Origin: an uncultured Gemmatimonas sp.
GTDB taxonomy: Bacteria > Gemmatimonadota > Gemmatimonadetes > Gemmatimonadales > Gemmatimonadaceae
Assembly (NCBI GenBank): GCA_964431565.1
Contig: CAYSKN010000001.1
Coordinates: 1 to 46,887 of the forward strand
Length of the DNA: 46,887 bases
Direction: 5' to 3'
Below the pieces are notes generated by a model. The model was not told where the DNA came from and did not search any database. It saw nothing but the letters and a program-made list of their open reading frames with translations. The position numbers and the translations under genes are program-made. Shown here in pieces: positions 27,723 to 36,273 of this stretch; positions within the stretch are counted from its first letter, which is position 1; each line of letters starts with the position of its first letter.

Positions 27723-28731
27723 TTACTCCTCCACTGCTATCGGCTTGAGAGCAGCCTCGATCTGAGATCTGCTTGGCTCCAGGAGGGGCGGGAGTGAGAG
27801 GCGCTTGCCGTCAATGGGAGCATCGACCTCGAATCCGGGATGGTCGGTAGCCAGCTCGAAAAGTATGCCACCCGGCTCCTGCGCGTAGGTGGAGGTGAAG
27901 TAATGCCGGTTCACGACACCCCGATTGCCATATCCGAGCGAGTAGAGCCGGGCGACCCAATCGAAAGTGGAGGAACCGGGGGCGAGGCGAAGCGCCAGAT
28001 GATGTACTCCTCCCGAACCGTAGCGTGCCTCTGGCAGGCCGGGCCGCACCGATACGTGTATATCAGCCGCAGGACCGCCTGCGCCCATTGAGTAGATCCC
28101 AGGTACGGTTGCCACCCGTCTGGTCGTTATCAGCGGGATAGCTGCCGGTGTCCTCCGAGCCCATCGCACCAGTAAGGAAACCATGCGTGGGTGCAAGTTC
28201 CGGAACCGTAATCATCACGTAGCCGAGTCCGCGGATCCGATGCTCCACCGGTACGAGCGACCCATGCCAAGGGAACGACTCTACGATGCCTCGGTCATCG
28301 ACCAGTGAAAAGACGGTACCCACCGGGTCGTCAAAGTCTATCACCCATCGGTTTTCACGTTGATAAGGCCCCAGAACATCAATACCGTGCTGGGCAAGTC
28401 GCAGCGATCACACGCGGAGAGTATGCCGGCCTGCCACCCGGAAGGTCGTTCTGGATATGCTGTTGTTACCGCGACGTTCGCTGGCAGAGCCTGGCAGGCC
28501 GAAAAGGGTAATATCCGACCCCGGCGACCCCACGCCGTCACCACGGAAGAGATGATACATGCTTGTGTCTTCCTGATTGACAGTCTTGAGCAGGAGCCTG
28601 AGCCCGAGCACTCCGCTGTGGAAGCTATGCGAAACACCGATCTTTGTGGTCAGGGCGCTGACGTGGTGAAAACCAGTAAGCGCCAGGCCTGCGTCTGCCC
28701 TGTGCCTGTTGGCGGTGGGGGTAGCGATCAT
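27723..28731 (-). pseudogene. Disrupted two-domain VOC/glyoxalase ring-cleaving dioxygenase (MhqA/MhqO-like)
   Basis: GFHHVSA..LGLRLLLKTVNQED..YHLF; in-frame TGA at 28408-28410 (likely from a Trp codon); continues FDDP..IRGLG; frameshift near 28090-28130 into GGVHHLALR..RHYF.STY..EPGGILFELATD.PGF. Confidence 0.85.
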
Positions 28732-28830
28732 GCACTCTCTCTGGAACTGTCTTTCATCAGAAGGGTGTCGCAGTACTGAGATATGAATCGGTCCTACGGC
28801 CCGATTCTCATGCGCTGGACGAATACCGGT

Positions 28831-29121
28831 TCAGGATGACTCCATGATCAACTTCCGTCTTTCGGTGAACTCCCACCATGGCTTTGGGTCTTCACCGCGC
28901 ATGAAGCTGGTCACCGACATGAACACGTCCAGCACGCATGGATCGTGACGCCGCCCGGTTATTCTTGAGAGACGCTCGTACATTTCAACGGGATCTGCGT
29001 CTGTGAGCTGAGCTGGCATTCCGATGCCAAGCAATTGCAGATCGGCGGCGGTGGCCTTTCCGACGTTCGGCAGATCGGTGAGTGTTCTGATCCTGGTCCT
29101 GTCTACTCTTTGTGGATTCAT
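28831..29121 (-). CDS. Cdd1-like helix-hairpin-helix small protein
   Basis: LTDLPNVGKATAADLQLLGI...DPVEMYERL...HDPCVLDVF...PWW. Confidence 0.85.
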   Translation of the reverse strand: MNPQRVDRTRIRTLTDLPNVGKATAADLQLLGIGMPAQLTDADPVEMYERLSRITGRRHDPCVLDVFMSVTSFMRGEDPKPWWEFTERRKLIMESS

Positions 29122-29268
29122 GACAGATGACTTCTGAAGTCGCTGGTTGGGGCGTGCCGTGGGTGGGGGTGGCTTTATCGGTCATCTGCTGCACCCCCAC
29201 GCAGGCGGCAACCATGATCGCCTGCATGCTCTGTGCATTGCCAACCTTCAAGGGAGAGGTTGTTTTCC

Positions 29269-30534
29269 GTGCTGACCATAAGTGAGAAGTTTGCCAGGCT
29301 GGGCACTGATCATGCGCCCGGACAGGAGGTGCGACAGGATCTGGTATCGCACGTCATGGAATCGCGCGGAGAGGTGCTCCACGGAACGCCGGTCGACTTT
29401 TCGCATGGTGATGTAAATGATAATGCTTTCGAACCAGCTCCGGGCGCGCTTGAGGAATTTGTTGCCGGAGTTCATCGCGGCGGCTCACAGGCTTACACCG
29501 AGTATCGTGGCGATGCCATGCTGCGTGCGGTCATTGCCGAAAAATTGGCCCGCTTCACCGGAAAGTCTGTCTCCGGTGGCGATGAACTGATCATCACACC
29601 GGGCACGCAGGGGGCGTTGTTCCTTGCGCTTGGTGCGTTGGTGAATACGGGCGACCGGGTGGCAATTGTGCGGCCGGATTACTTCGCCAATCGCAAGTTG
29701 GTGGAGTTTCTGAACGGTGTGGTTGTGCCGGTTCGCATGGACTATCTGTCAAGCGGTGAAGGGGCTGGTCTTGATCTTGATCAGTTGGAGGCTGCATTCA
29801 GTTCGGGAGTGCAGACGTTCCTGTTTTCCAACCCCAACAACCCGACAGGCGTGGTCTACTCGCCGGGCGAGGTTGCATGTATCGCTGAGTTGGCAACGAA
29901 ATATGGCGTGAGTGTCATCGTCGATCAGTTGTATTCCCGTCTGCAGTACACGAGTACTGTGTACACGCACCTGTGTGCGTCGGACATTGACTCGAAGCGG
30001 GTAGTCACGATAATGGGGCCATCCAAGACCGAGTCGCTGAGCGGCTATCGGCTGGGTGTGGCTTTTGGTGCGTCACACGTATTAGACCGTATGGAGAGGT
30101 TGCAGGCTATAGTGTCGCTCAGGGCGCCGGGATATTCACAAGCAGTGCTGCGCACATGGTTTGACGAACCTGCAGGCTGGATGGAGGACCGCATAAGGCG
30201 GCATCAGGGGTTGCGTGATGCTCTTCTAGGAGTTTTCAGAGAGGTTCCGGATCTGTTGGTTCGCACGCCCCAGGCCGGGAGCTATCTATTTCCGCGACTG
30301 CCTGCGCTGGACGTGCCCCTGCACGAGTTTGTGCGTGCGCTGCGCATACAGGCTGGCGTGACCGTCACGCCCGGGACCGAGTTCAGTCCTGACAGTACTG
30401 ACAGTATTCGCCTCAACTTTTCACAGAACCATGAGGCTGCTGTTGCAGCGGCGAGCCGAATTGCGGAGTTGACAGACCGTTACCGCACCGAGGGCGGTGC
30501 ATCATATCTAGCCGCGGGCGGGCGCTGCCAATGA
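29269..30534 (+). CDS. PLP-dependent class I/II aminotransferase
   Basis: ITPGTQGAL, SNPNNPTG, DQLY, GPSKTESLSGYRLG (PLP lysine), IRLNF. GGAGAGG lies upstream of GTG 29269. Confidence 0.9.
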   Translation: MLTISEKFARLGTDHAPGQEVRQDLVSHVMESRGEVLHGTPVDFSHGDVNDNAFEPAPGALEEFVAGVHRGGSQAYTEYRGDAMLRAVIAEKLARFTGKSVSGGDELIITPGTQGALFLALGALVNTGDRVAIVRPDYFANRKLVEFLNGVVVPVRMDYLSSGEGAGLDLDQLEAAFSSGVQTFLFSNPNNPTGVVYSPGEVACIAELATKYGVSVIVDQLYSRLQYTSTVYTHLCASDIDSKRVVTIMGPSKTESLSGYRLGVAFGASHVLDRMERLQAIVSLRAPGYSQAVLRTWFDEPAGWMEDRIRRHQGLRDALLGVFREVPDLLVRTPQAGSYLFPRLPALDVPLHEFVRALRIQAGVTVTPGTEFSPDSTDSIRLNFSQNHEAAVAAASRIAELTDRYRTEGGASYLAAGGRCQ

Positions 30535-30938
30535 TGCGCAAGGCCTATAAGAGTGAGCGTGGCGCGCTGCCGGCGGGTAGCTACAGCAGCGCCGTTGAGG
30601 CCGGCGGCTTCGTGTTTCTGGCGGGGCAGACGCCTCGTGACGGGGAGAACGTGCGGCATGGTGATAAGCCGTTTGCCGTACAGGCACGCATGGCGCTCGA
30701 CAATCTCGAGGCAGCGGCGAATGCGGCAGGGCTGTCCCTCAGGCATGCGGTGCGTGTTGGTGTATTTCTCAGGAACCCGTCTGACGCGACGGAGTTCGAT
30801 GCAATCTATCGCGATTATGTGAGCGAGCCATGGCCCGCGAGGACACTGACGCAGTCGAACCTTGCAGGGTTTGATGTGGAGGTGGATGCTGTGTTGTGGA
30901 GGCGGGGCGAGAGAGGGGTGCAGACGTCTGTCGGATAG
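30531..30938 (+). CDS. RidA/YjgF family protein
   Basis: YSSAVEAGGFVFLAGQTP, LDNLEA, PARTL, VEVDAV motifs. ATGA overlap with the aminotransferase stop. Confidence 0.9.
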   Translation: MMRKAYKSERGALPAGSYSSAVEAGGFVFLAGQTPRDGENVRHGDKPFAVQARMALDNLEAAANAAGLSLRHAVRVGVFLRNPSDATEFDAIYRDYVSEPWPARTLTQSNLAGFDVEVDAVLWRRGERGVQTSVG

Positions 30939-31157
30939 CCATTCGATGATCCCGCTGAGCAGAACCGCGCCATTTCCTGTCCATCATCTGGCGCGGAGAA
31001 GTCATCTGAATACCGACGTATCACTCGGATCAACGAGTTTGGAACGTGTATCCCCGCTACGAGCACGCCGGTGGTCAGCACTGTAGGCATGTGTCCGGAC
31101 GATCAGTCCTTGAGATGCCAACGTTGTTGCGTTGTGCACAGATCACCATGAATCCCA

Positions 31158-32150
31158 GTGATCCGGCTGGTCGATCCTGCAAGCAATACTCGCCTTACGT
31201 CTGCAGCCCCACAGGGCAACTCAAGAGCGAAGGCAAACATGAGACGTACTCCGGTGTCTGATACCGCATTGACAGACCATACTTCGAAGCAGAATGCGCC
31301 GCACCGGCATTATACCCGATCGGTCACGGACGCGGATGTGGCAATACGACTTTGCCGTATGGCCTGCTCTCTGCTCATGCTGGTTTCTCCGTCGTTCTCC
31401 CGTGCGCAGGAAGGATCTGCAACGGTCGATCAACGGGTTGAACAGCCGTGGATGGGTGAGACCCGGAGGTGGATCGATCCGGACAGTCTGCTGGTGATGA
31501 TACGACCCGGTGATCCGTCGATCAATGTGGCTCGCCTGGCAAGCGATACGGTGCGTTACTCGCTCAACGTGTATCGTGGGGCATCAAGAACACCGGTAGG
31601 GCAGCTCATCGATGAGCTGGTGAGGGATTCATCCACCGGCAGGGTGCTGCTCAGGCGTGTACGGACCGCGGGACGTGGAGCATCACGAGTGATCGACTCC
31701 ACGGCTACCGACGCCGCCACGCTCGAGCCTGTACGCCTGCGATCTGTTCAGCCGACGCGGCTGGTATCACTGGACTATCAGAACCGCCGCGTGCGGGGTT
31801 CGGTTGGACCGATCAATGCCCCACCAGTTCCCATGGATACAACATTGCCGGTGAGAGTATTCGGTGCCGCCAACTGGGACCTCCTGCTGCGTACCCTGCC
31901 GCTCACCAAAGGTTATGCCGCGCAGTTTCAGATATTTGATATCGATGCGGGTATCAGGACCTACCGCATTGCTGTCACCGGGAGCGCAATGGTGCAGGGC
32001 GAGGACGCACATGTAGTGGTCTTTACGATGACCAGAAGTCGTGAATCGGTGGTTTGGATAGGCAAGGAGTCGGGCCAGCTCCTGCGCATGCAGACTATGC
32101 TGGGGTCTGGTACGATGCTCGAACAAGAGAGAATGAGCGGGAGCCCCTGA
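31158..32150 (+). CDS. Hypothetical exported beta-rich protein (DUF3108-like); true start probably further downstream (31239, 31338 or 31359)
   Basis: Signal-like CSLLMLVSPSFSRAQ; DAATLEPV, LLLRTLPL..GY and VWIGKESGQLLR patterns. Confidence 0.55.
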   Translation: MIRLVDPASNTRLTSAAPQGNSRAKANMRRTPVSDTALTDHTSKQNAPHRHYTRSVTDADVAIRLCRMACSLLMLVSPSFSRAQEGSATVDQRVEQPWMGETRRWIDPDSLLVMIRPGDPSINVARLASDTVRYSLNVYRGASRTPVGQLIDELVRDSSTGRVLLRRVRTAGRGASRVIDSTATDAATLEPVRLRSVQPTRLVSLDYQNRRVRGSVGPINAPPVPMDTTLPVRVFGAANWDLLLRTLPLTKGYAAQFQIFDIDAGIRTYRIAVTGSAMVQGEDAHVVVFTMTRSRESVVWIGKESGQLLRMQTMLGSGTMLEQERMSGSP

Positions 32151-32163
32151 GGGGCCCCGCTCA
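32134..32163. terminator. GC-rich hairpin between convergent genes (possible bidirectional terminator)
   Basis: TGAGCGGGAGCCCC-TGA-GGGGCCCCGCTCA: 13 bp with a single A bulge. U-tracts are weak. Confidence 0.45.
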
Positions 32164-32168
32164 GCATT

Positions 32169-33968
32169 TCACTTTGCTGCGCGCACTCGTGCCTTGGCGC
32201 GTTCTGTTGCAGATCGGAGATCTACCGGACCAATGGCTATATCACTGATGTGATCAATGGCGCCTAGGTAGTACTGACGCCAGGTCTCGACTATGTGACG
32301 CTCGGTTTCGGCATTGCCGCCACGTGCAAGAGTGTCAGCGCTGAGTGCTGACTGTGTACGAATCGCCTGCTCGGCAACGCCGGCCAGTTCATCGAGGGCT
32401 GCCAGCACTATGCTGTTGGATCCGTCAGCAAGCAGGAAACCGGTGGTGAGTGCACACGCTCCCACGTTGGCCAGCGTTTCGGCGCTCACCATGTCGATGC
32501 GGTCGAGGTCGTCGTGGTAGTGCTGATCCGTGAAGTGCCAGAACAGAACGGCTGGTATCCGGGCATTCAGGAACGGAGTATGGTCACTGCCGCCTTCGAA
32601 CGGATTGGCTCTCACGACCCAGTTGGTTTGTCGGGCCTGATCAAGGCAGCGCTGCCGCGCGAAGTCGTTGAGCCAGTACGCCCAGATGTCCTTTTCGGCC
32701 AAGGGGCGTGCTCCCCATTCGGAGTGCTGATCATCGCCACGTACCCAGACAGCACTGGGATCGGGCATTTTTTCGATGAGAAACGTTCCGCCGGTGAGTG
32801 CGGTGTTTTCTCCGACCATATCGAGCGACATGCCCCACTTGATGCCCCTGCGTCGCACGCTGTCTTCCTTGATGTAACGGTCGGTGGATCGGATTTCGTT
32901 GCCCCACAGGAATGTCATGGTGCGCTGCGGATTGGAAATGCCGCTTTTCACCAGCGATGCTGCAACTCTTGCCACCTCGGCAAGAGCGCCCACACCACTG
33001 GCATTGTCATTGGCACCTGGTTCCTGCGCGTGCGCGGAGTACACGAAACGCTCATCCGGCCGGGAGGCCCCGCGGATCTCGGCCACCACGGTGAGTTCGG
33101 GACGGTTCTCGAAAATGGTGTGCACTTCCGCGTTTACACGCAGCGGTTGTCCGGCGGGCGCGGAGGCCATGGCCGCACGCAGAGAGTCATGCGTGGCGCG
33201 GGAGATGAAGAGAAGCCATCCGTTGTGGAGGGTATCATGCGGCACAGTCGCGAATCTTATGGCACTCGTGTTCTTCTCCTGCCGGTTGTAGGAAGGCAGT
33301 TGCTGGGTATTGAGCACACCGACGGCTCCGGCCTTCATTGCCCGCGGGAAAACCTGCTGGGCGTTGCCGGTGGACAGAACGATCTGTCCCTTCACATCGA
33401 CAGCCGTAAACTCGGTTTCGCTGCCTGTACCAACATCAATGACATTGGTAGTCACGCCCCCGTCCGGGGTGGAGCCGGAGTTGACGGCGATCATGTTCAT
33501 GTTGGTGGAGAATCGCTGTATCGGCGACGGGCGACCTGCAATGGTTAGCGCTGCATAGAGCGGTGTCCAGGCTGGCCCGGACATTGGACGGGATTCGACG
33601 CGGAAGGTGAAACGATCCGAGGAGGAAGCGCGCTCCTCAGGCACATAACCAGCTGCACGCAGCAGCCCCGCAACGGTATCAAGCGCAGCATCGAAGCCGC
33701 GATTGCCGGGCAGCCGGAAGAAGCGCTGGACATAGTCCACCGTGCGGTAGGCACGCCTGCCATCCATGGCATCGTGTACCGCCCGGGTCAGGGGCACAAA
33801 GGTGGCCTCTGCTGATGGCCTCGATATGTTGCGGCTCTGGGCTGTGGTACTGCGTGCCGTGATGGTGAGGGTCGATAGTACCGCCAGCAGCATCAGAGTC
33901 GCGGACGTCACAGAACGGGAGCGGGGACGGGAGATTTGAGTAGCCATGATCGTATCGGGTGCTGTCAT
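32169..33968 (-). CDS. Exported M28 family metallopeptidase with PA domain
   Basis: Signal peptide; DVKGQIVL (PA domain); SAH..EPGANDNASG, SLDMVG, GGSDH, HYH..D motifs. Confidence 0.85.
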   Translation of the reverse strand: MTAPDTIMATQISRPRSRSVTSATLMLLAVLSTLTITARSTTAQSRNISRPSAEATFVPLTRAVHDAMDGRRAYRTVDYVQRFFRLPGNRGFDAALDTVAGLLRAAGYVPEERASSSDRFTFRVESRPMSGPAWTPLYAALTIAGRPSPIQRFSTNMNMIAVNSGSTPDGGVTTNVIDVGTGSETEFTAVDVKGQIVLSTGNAQQVFPRAMKAGAVGVLNTQQLPSYNRQEKNTSAIRFATVPHDTLHNGWLLFISRATHDSLRAAMASAPAGQPLRVNAEVHTIFENRPELTVVAEIRGASRPDERFVYSAHAQEPGANDNASGVGALAEVARVAASLVKSGISNPQRTMTFLWGNEIRSTDRYIKEDSVRRRGIKWGMSLDMVGENTALTGGTFLIEKMPDPSAVWVRGDDQHSEWGARPLAEKDIWAYWLNDFARQRCLDQARQTNWVVRANPFEGGSDHTPFLNARIPAVLFWHFTDQHYHDDLDRIDMVSAETLANVGACALTTGFLLADGSNSIVLAALDELAGVAEQAIRTQSALSADTLARGGNAETERHIVETWRQYYLGAIDHISDIAIGPVDLRSATERAKARVRAAK

Positions 33969-34009
33969 GAAATGGGCGCATCGCTGTGGCTGGCGGAATT
34001 ACACGGCAC

Positions 34010-34630
34010 TCACGCACGTGTGACCACCACAAAGCGTGTCCAGTTGTTCTGGTCGTCCTGTATTCCGTGGGCAAGTATCTCGAGTCCATATACCTGTGCG
34101 GCCACTCCGGCCGCAATGGCACCCCGGGTCGGGTTGCCCCAGCTGGCGACATCATGAGCCGCACCTGCGGTATCGGAGTGGACAACCGGTGTGATCCAGG
34201 GGTGCTGCGCGAGGAAGAGGCCACACTGGGCGATTGCCATTGGATGGCTGAACACGGCACGCAGAGTGGCAATGTCAGTACCCGGCAAAGCCATGAGACA
34301 CTGATGAATAGGGAGGCTTATCTCACCGATCTGCCGGATACTGTCACCGGCCGCAGCGATAGCAGCGAGTGCGGGCTCTACGGGTCCCGCAACGACATTC
34401 TCCACAGGTATGACGGCATGATCTGCGGACCTGTCGACGACACTTACGACGGTGTCCTCAAAGGTGAGGCAGGGCACAGCGACGGCACCGTCAGGCCAGT
34501 ACTGTCTGACAGCCATTTCACCGAAGGCGCCGGGTTCTCCTTGGTATGCCACGCGTGGAGTGCCTGTTTTCGATGGCTGTTCTGGCCGTGAGGGCGGAGA
34601 ATCGGGAGATCCGGTTGAGTGAGAGGTCAT
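34010..34630 (-). CDS. pheA: Prephenate dehydratase catalytic domain only (no ACT domain)
   Basis: VAYQGEPGAFGE, VIPVEN, VFSHPMAIAQC, DTAGAA and IQD..NWTRFVV motifs; stop codon five codons after TRF. Confidence 0.88.
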   Translation of the reverse strand: MTSHSTGSPDSPPSRPEQPSKTGTPRVAYQGEPGAFGEMAVRQYWPDGAVAVPCLTFEDTVVSVVDRSADHAVIPVENVVAGPVEPALAAIAAAGDSIRQIGEISLPIHQCLMALPGTDIATLRAVFSHPMAIAQCGLFLAQHPWITPVVHSDTAGAAHDVASWGNPTRGAIAAGVAAQVYGLEILAHGIQDDQNNWTRFVVVTRA

Positions 34631-34699
34631 CGGCGTGGAAGGTGGTGATCTGATACAGATGTGGAAGATGGTGTCAGGATACAATGTTGCATCATGATA

Positions 34700-34728
34700 T
34701 TGACAAGCGTCCTGAGGCTGGATACTCT
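34700..34728 (+). promoter_or_regulatory. Sigma70-type promoter for the aro leader/aroF operon
   Basis: TTGACA (34700-34705), 17-nt spacer, TACTCT (34723-34728). The leader ATG lies 8 nt downstream. Confidence 0.7.
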
Positions 34729-34736
34729 TGTTTCCC

Positions 34737-34829
34737 ATGACACAGATTGTGATCGTCAGCAGCTACGCATTCCGATTTTATTACGTGCCGACCCGCATGG
34801 GATCCGGCGCAATCGGTATGCGCAGCTAA
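34737..34829 (+). CDS. Phe/Tyr-rich attenuator leader peptide, 30 aa (MTQIVIVSSYAFRFYYVPTRMGSGAIGMRS)
   Basis: Five Tyr/Phe codons within seven (TAC GCA TTC CGA TTT TAT TAC), upstream of DAHP synthase and followed by an intrinsic terminator. Too short for the ORF track. Confidence 0.8.
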   Translation: MTQIVIVSSYAFRFYYVPTRMGSGAIGMRS

Positions 34830-34849
34830 CAGCTGACCTTCCGTCGCCC

Positions 34850-34882
34850 AGAGGCCCGTGCATCGCGCGGGCCTTTTTGTTT
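34850..34882 (+). terminator. Attenuator terminator upstream of aroF
   Basis: AGAGGCCCGTGC-ATC-GCGCGGGCCTTT stem running into TTTTTGTTT. Confidence 0.85.
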
Positions 34883-34940
34883 ATGGGTCCGGCGGTGGCG
34901 GCACCTCAGGTCACGAAGTGAACCAACACATGAGGACCGC

Positions 34941-35987
34941 ATGATAATCGTTACCGCTCCCGGCATTTCCGACGAAGCACTCGATCGGATCATCGAACAC
35001 GTCGAGACAGCGGGGCTGCGTGCACACGTCTCCCGCGGAGAGCATCGTACGATCGTTGGATGCATCGGCGACGAGAGTCGTCTTACTGAGCACGGGCTTA
35101 CCCGGATTGAAGGGGTGGAGCGTGTGCTGCCGGTGCTCAAGCCCTACAGGCTGGCGTCGCGCGAGTTCTCGGTTGGCGACACTGCCATTCGCTTTGGTGA
35201 TCCGGCCGACACTGTCATTGGCGGGCGGAACATCGTAGTGATTGCGGGCCCGTGTTCTGTTGAAGGCCGGGAGATGATGCATGAGACGGGGCGACAGGTG
35301 CAGGCTGCGGGTGCGCGGCTGCTGCGTGGGGGAGCATACAAGCCGCGCTCGTCACCCTACGCGTTCCAGGGAATGGGGGAGGAGGGGCTCAGGATACTGG
35401 CCGAAGTCCGTGCGGAAACCGGAATGCCAGTGGTGACCGAGGTGATGGATCCACGGCAGGTGGAACTGGTGGCATCGTACGCTGATGTTCTCCAGATCGG
35501 TGCGCGCAACATGCAGAACTTTTCGCTGCTCACTGAAGTGGGCAAGGTACAGCGGCCGGTGCTGCTCAAGCGGGGTCTGTCCGGCACCATCACCGAACTG
35601 CTGATGGCTGCCGAATACATAATGGCGCAAGGCAATGGTGATGTCATGCTCTGTGAGCGCGGCATTCGCACGTATGAGACCGCTACGCGCAACACGCTCG
35701 ATGTGGCCGCAATTCCGGTGCTCAAGCGCGAGTCACACCTGCCCGTGATCGTCGATCCCAGTCATGCAGGTGGTCAGGCGTCTCTTGTGGCTCCCCTTGC
35801 CATGGCTGCCATCGCTGCCGGCGCAGATGGTCTGATCGTGGAGGTACACCCCAACCCTGCCATGGCCAGGAGCGATGGCGACCAGTCACTGGAGCCTGTG
35901 GCCTTCGCGACCATGATGCAGCAGGTACGTGTAGTGGCAGAGGCTGTCGGGCGTGGATGCGCGCGGGGTACGGAGGTGCACGTATGA
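34941..35987 (+). CDS. aroF: 3-deoxy-7-phosphoheptulonate (DAHP) synthase, type I-beta, with an N-terminal ACT/ferredoxin-like regulatory domain
   Basis: [47 protein letters not shown] and EVHP..SDG motifs. Confidence 0.95.
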   Translation: MIIVTAPGISDEALDRIIEHVETAGLRAHVSRGEHRTIVGCIGDESRLTEHGLTRIEGVERVLPVLKPYRLASREFSVGDTAIRFGDPADTVIGGRNIVVIAGPCSVEGREMMHETGRQVQAAGARLLRGGAYKPRSSPYAFQGMGEEGLRILAEVRAETGMPVVTEVMDPRQVELVASYADVLQIGARNMQNFSLLTEVGKVQRPVLLKRGLSGTITELLMAAEYIMAQGNGDVMLCERGIRTYETATRNTLDVAAIPVLKRESHLPVIVDPSHAGGQASLVAPLAMAAIAAGADGLIVEVHPNPAMARSDGDQSLEPVAFATMMQQVRVVAEAVGRGCARGTEVHV

Positions 35988-36262
35988 TCGCGTTCGAGCG
36001 ACTGCAGCAGCTCCGGCAGGATATTGATGCCGTGGATGAGGAAATTGTTTCGGCGATTGCCAGGCGCATGACGCTTGCCCGTGAGATCGGCGAACTCAAG
36101 CAGGAGACCGGTCAGCATGTGCTCGACCCGGCGCGGGAGGCGTCCGTTGTGACACGTGCCGTGACGCGTGGGCGGGCGGCCGGCTTACCGGAGCACGACA
36201 TGCGCGCTCTGTACTGGCAGATCATGGCACTGGCCCGCCGCACACAACTTACCCGCGACTAG
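35984..36262 (+). CDS. Monofunctional AroQ-type chorismate mutase
   Basis: [40 protein letters not shown] and ATGA overlap with aroF. Confidence 0.88.
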   Translation: MIAFERLQQLRQDIDAVDEEIVSAIARRMTLAREIGELKQETGQHVLDPAREASVVTRAVTRGRAAGLPEHDMRALYWQIMALARRTQLTRD

Positions 36263-36273
36263 GAGTGTCAGAA

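Noticed and set aside
28408..28410. TGA as selenocysteine or Trp recoding
   Set aside because: The gene also has a frameshift, and many intact genes in the window use TGA as stop.
32514..33548. Long antisense ORFs (also 803-1783, 10826-11533, 22868-23794, 40813-41733)
   Set aside because: Shadow frames of well-supported genes, expected in high-GC DNA, with no protein motifs.
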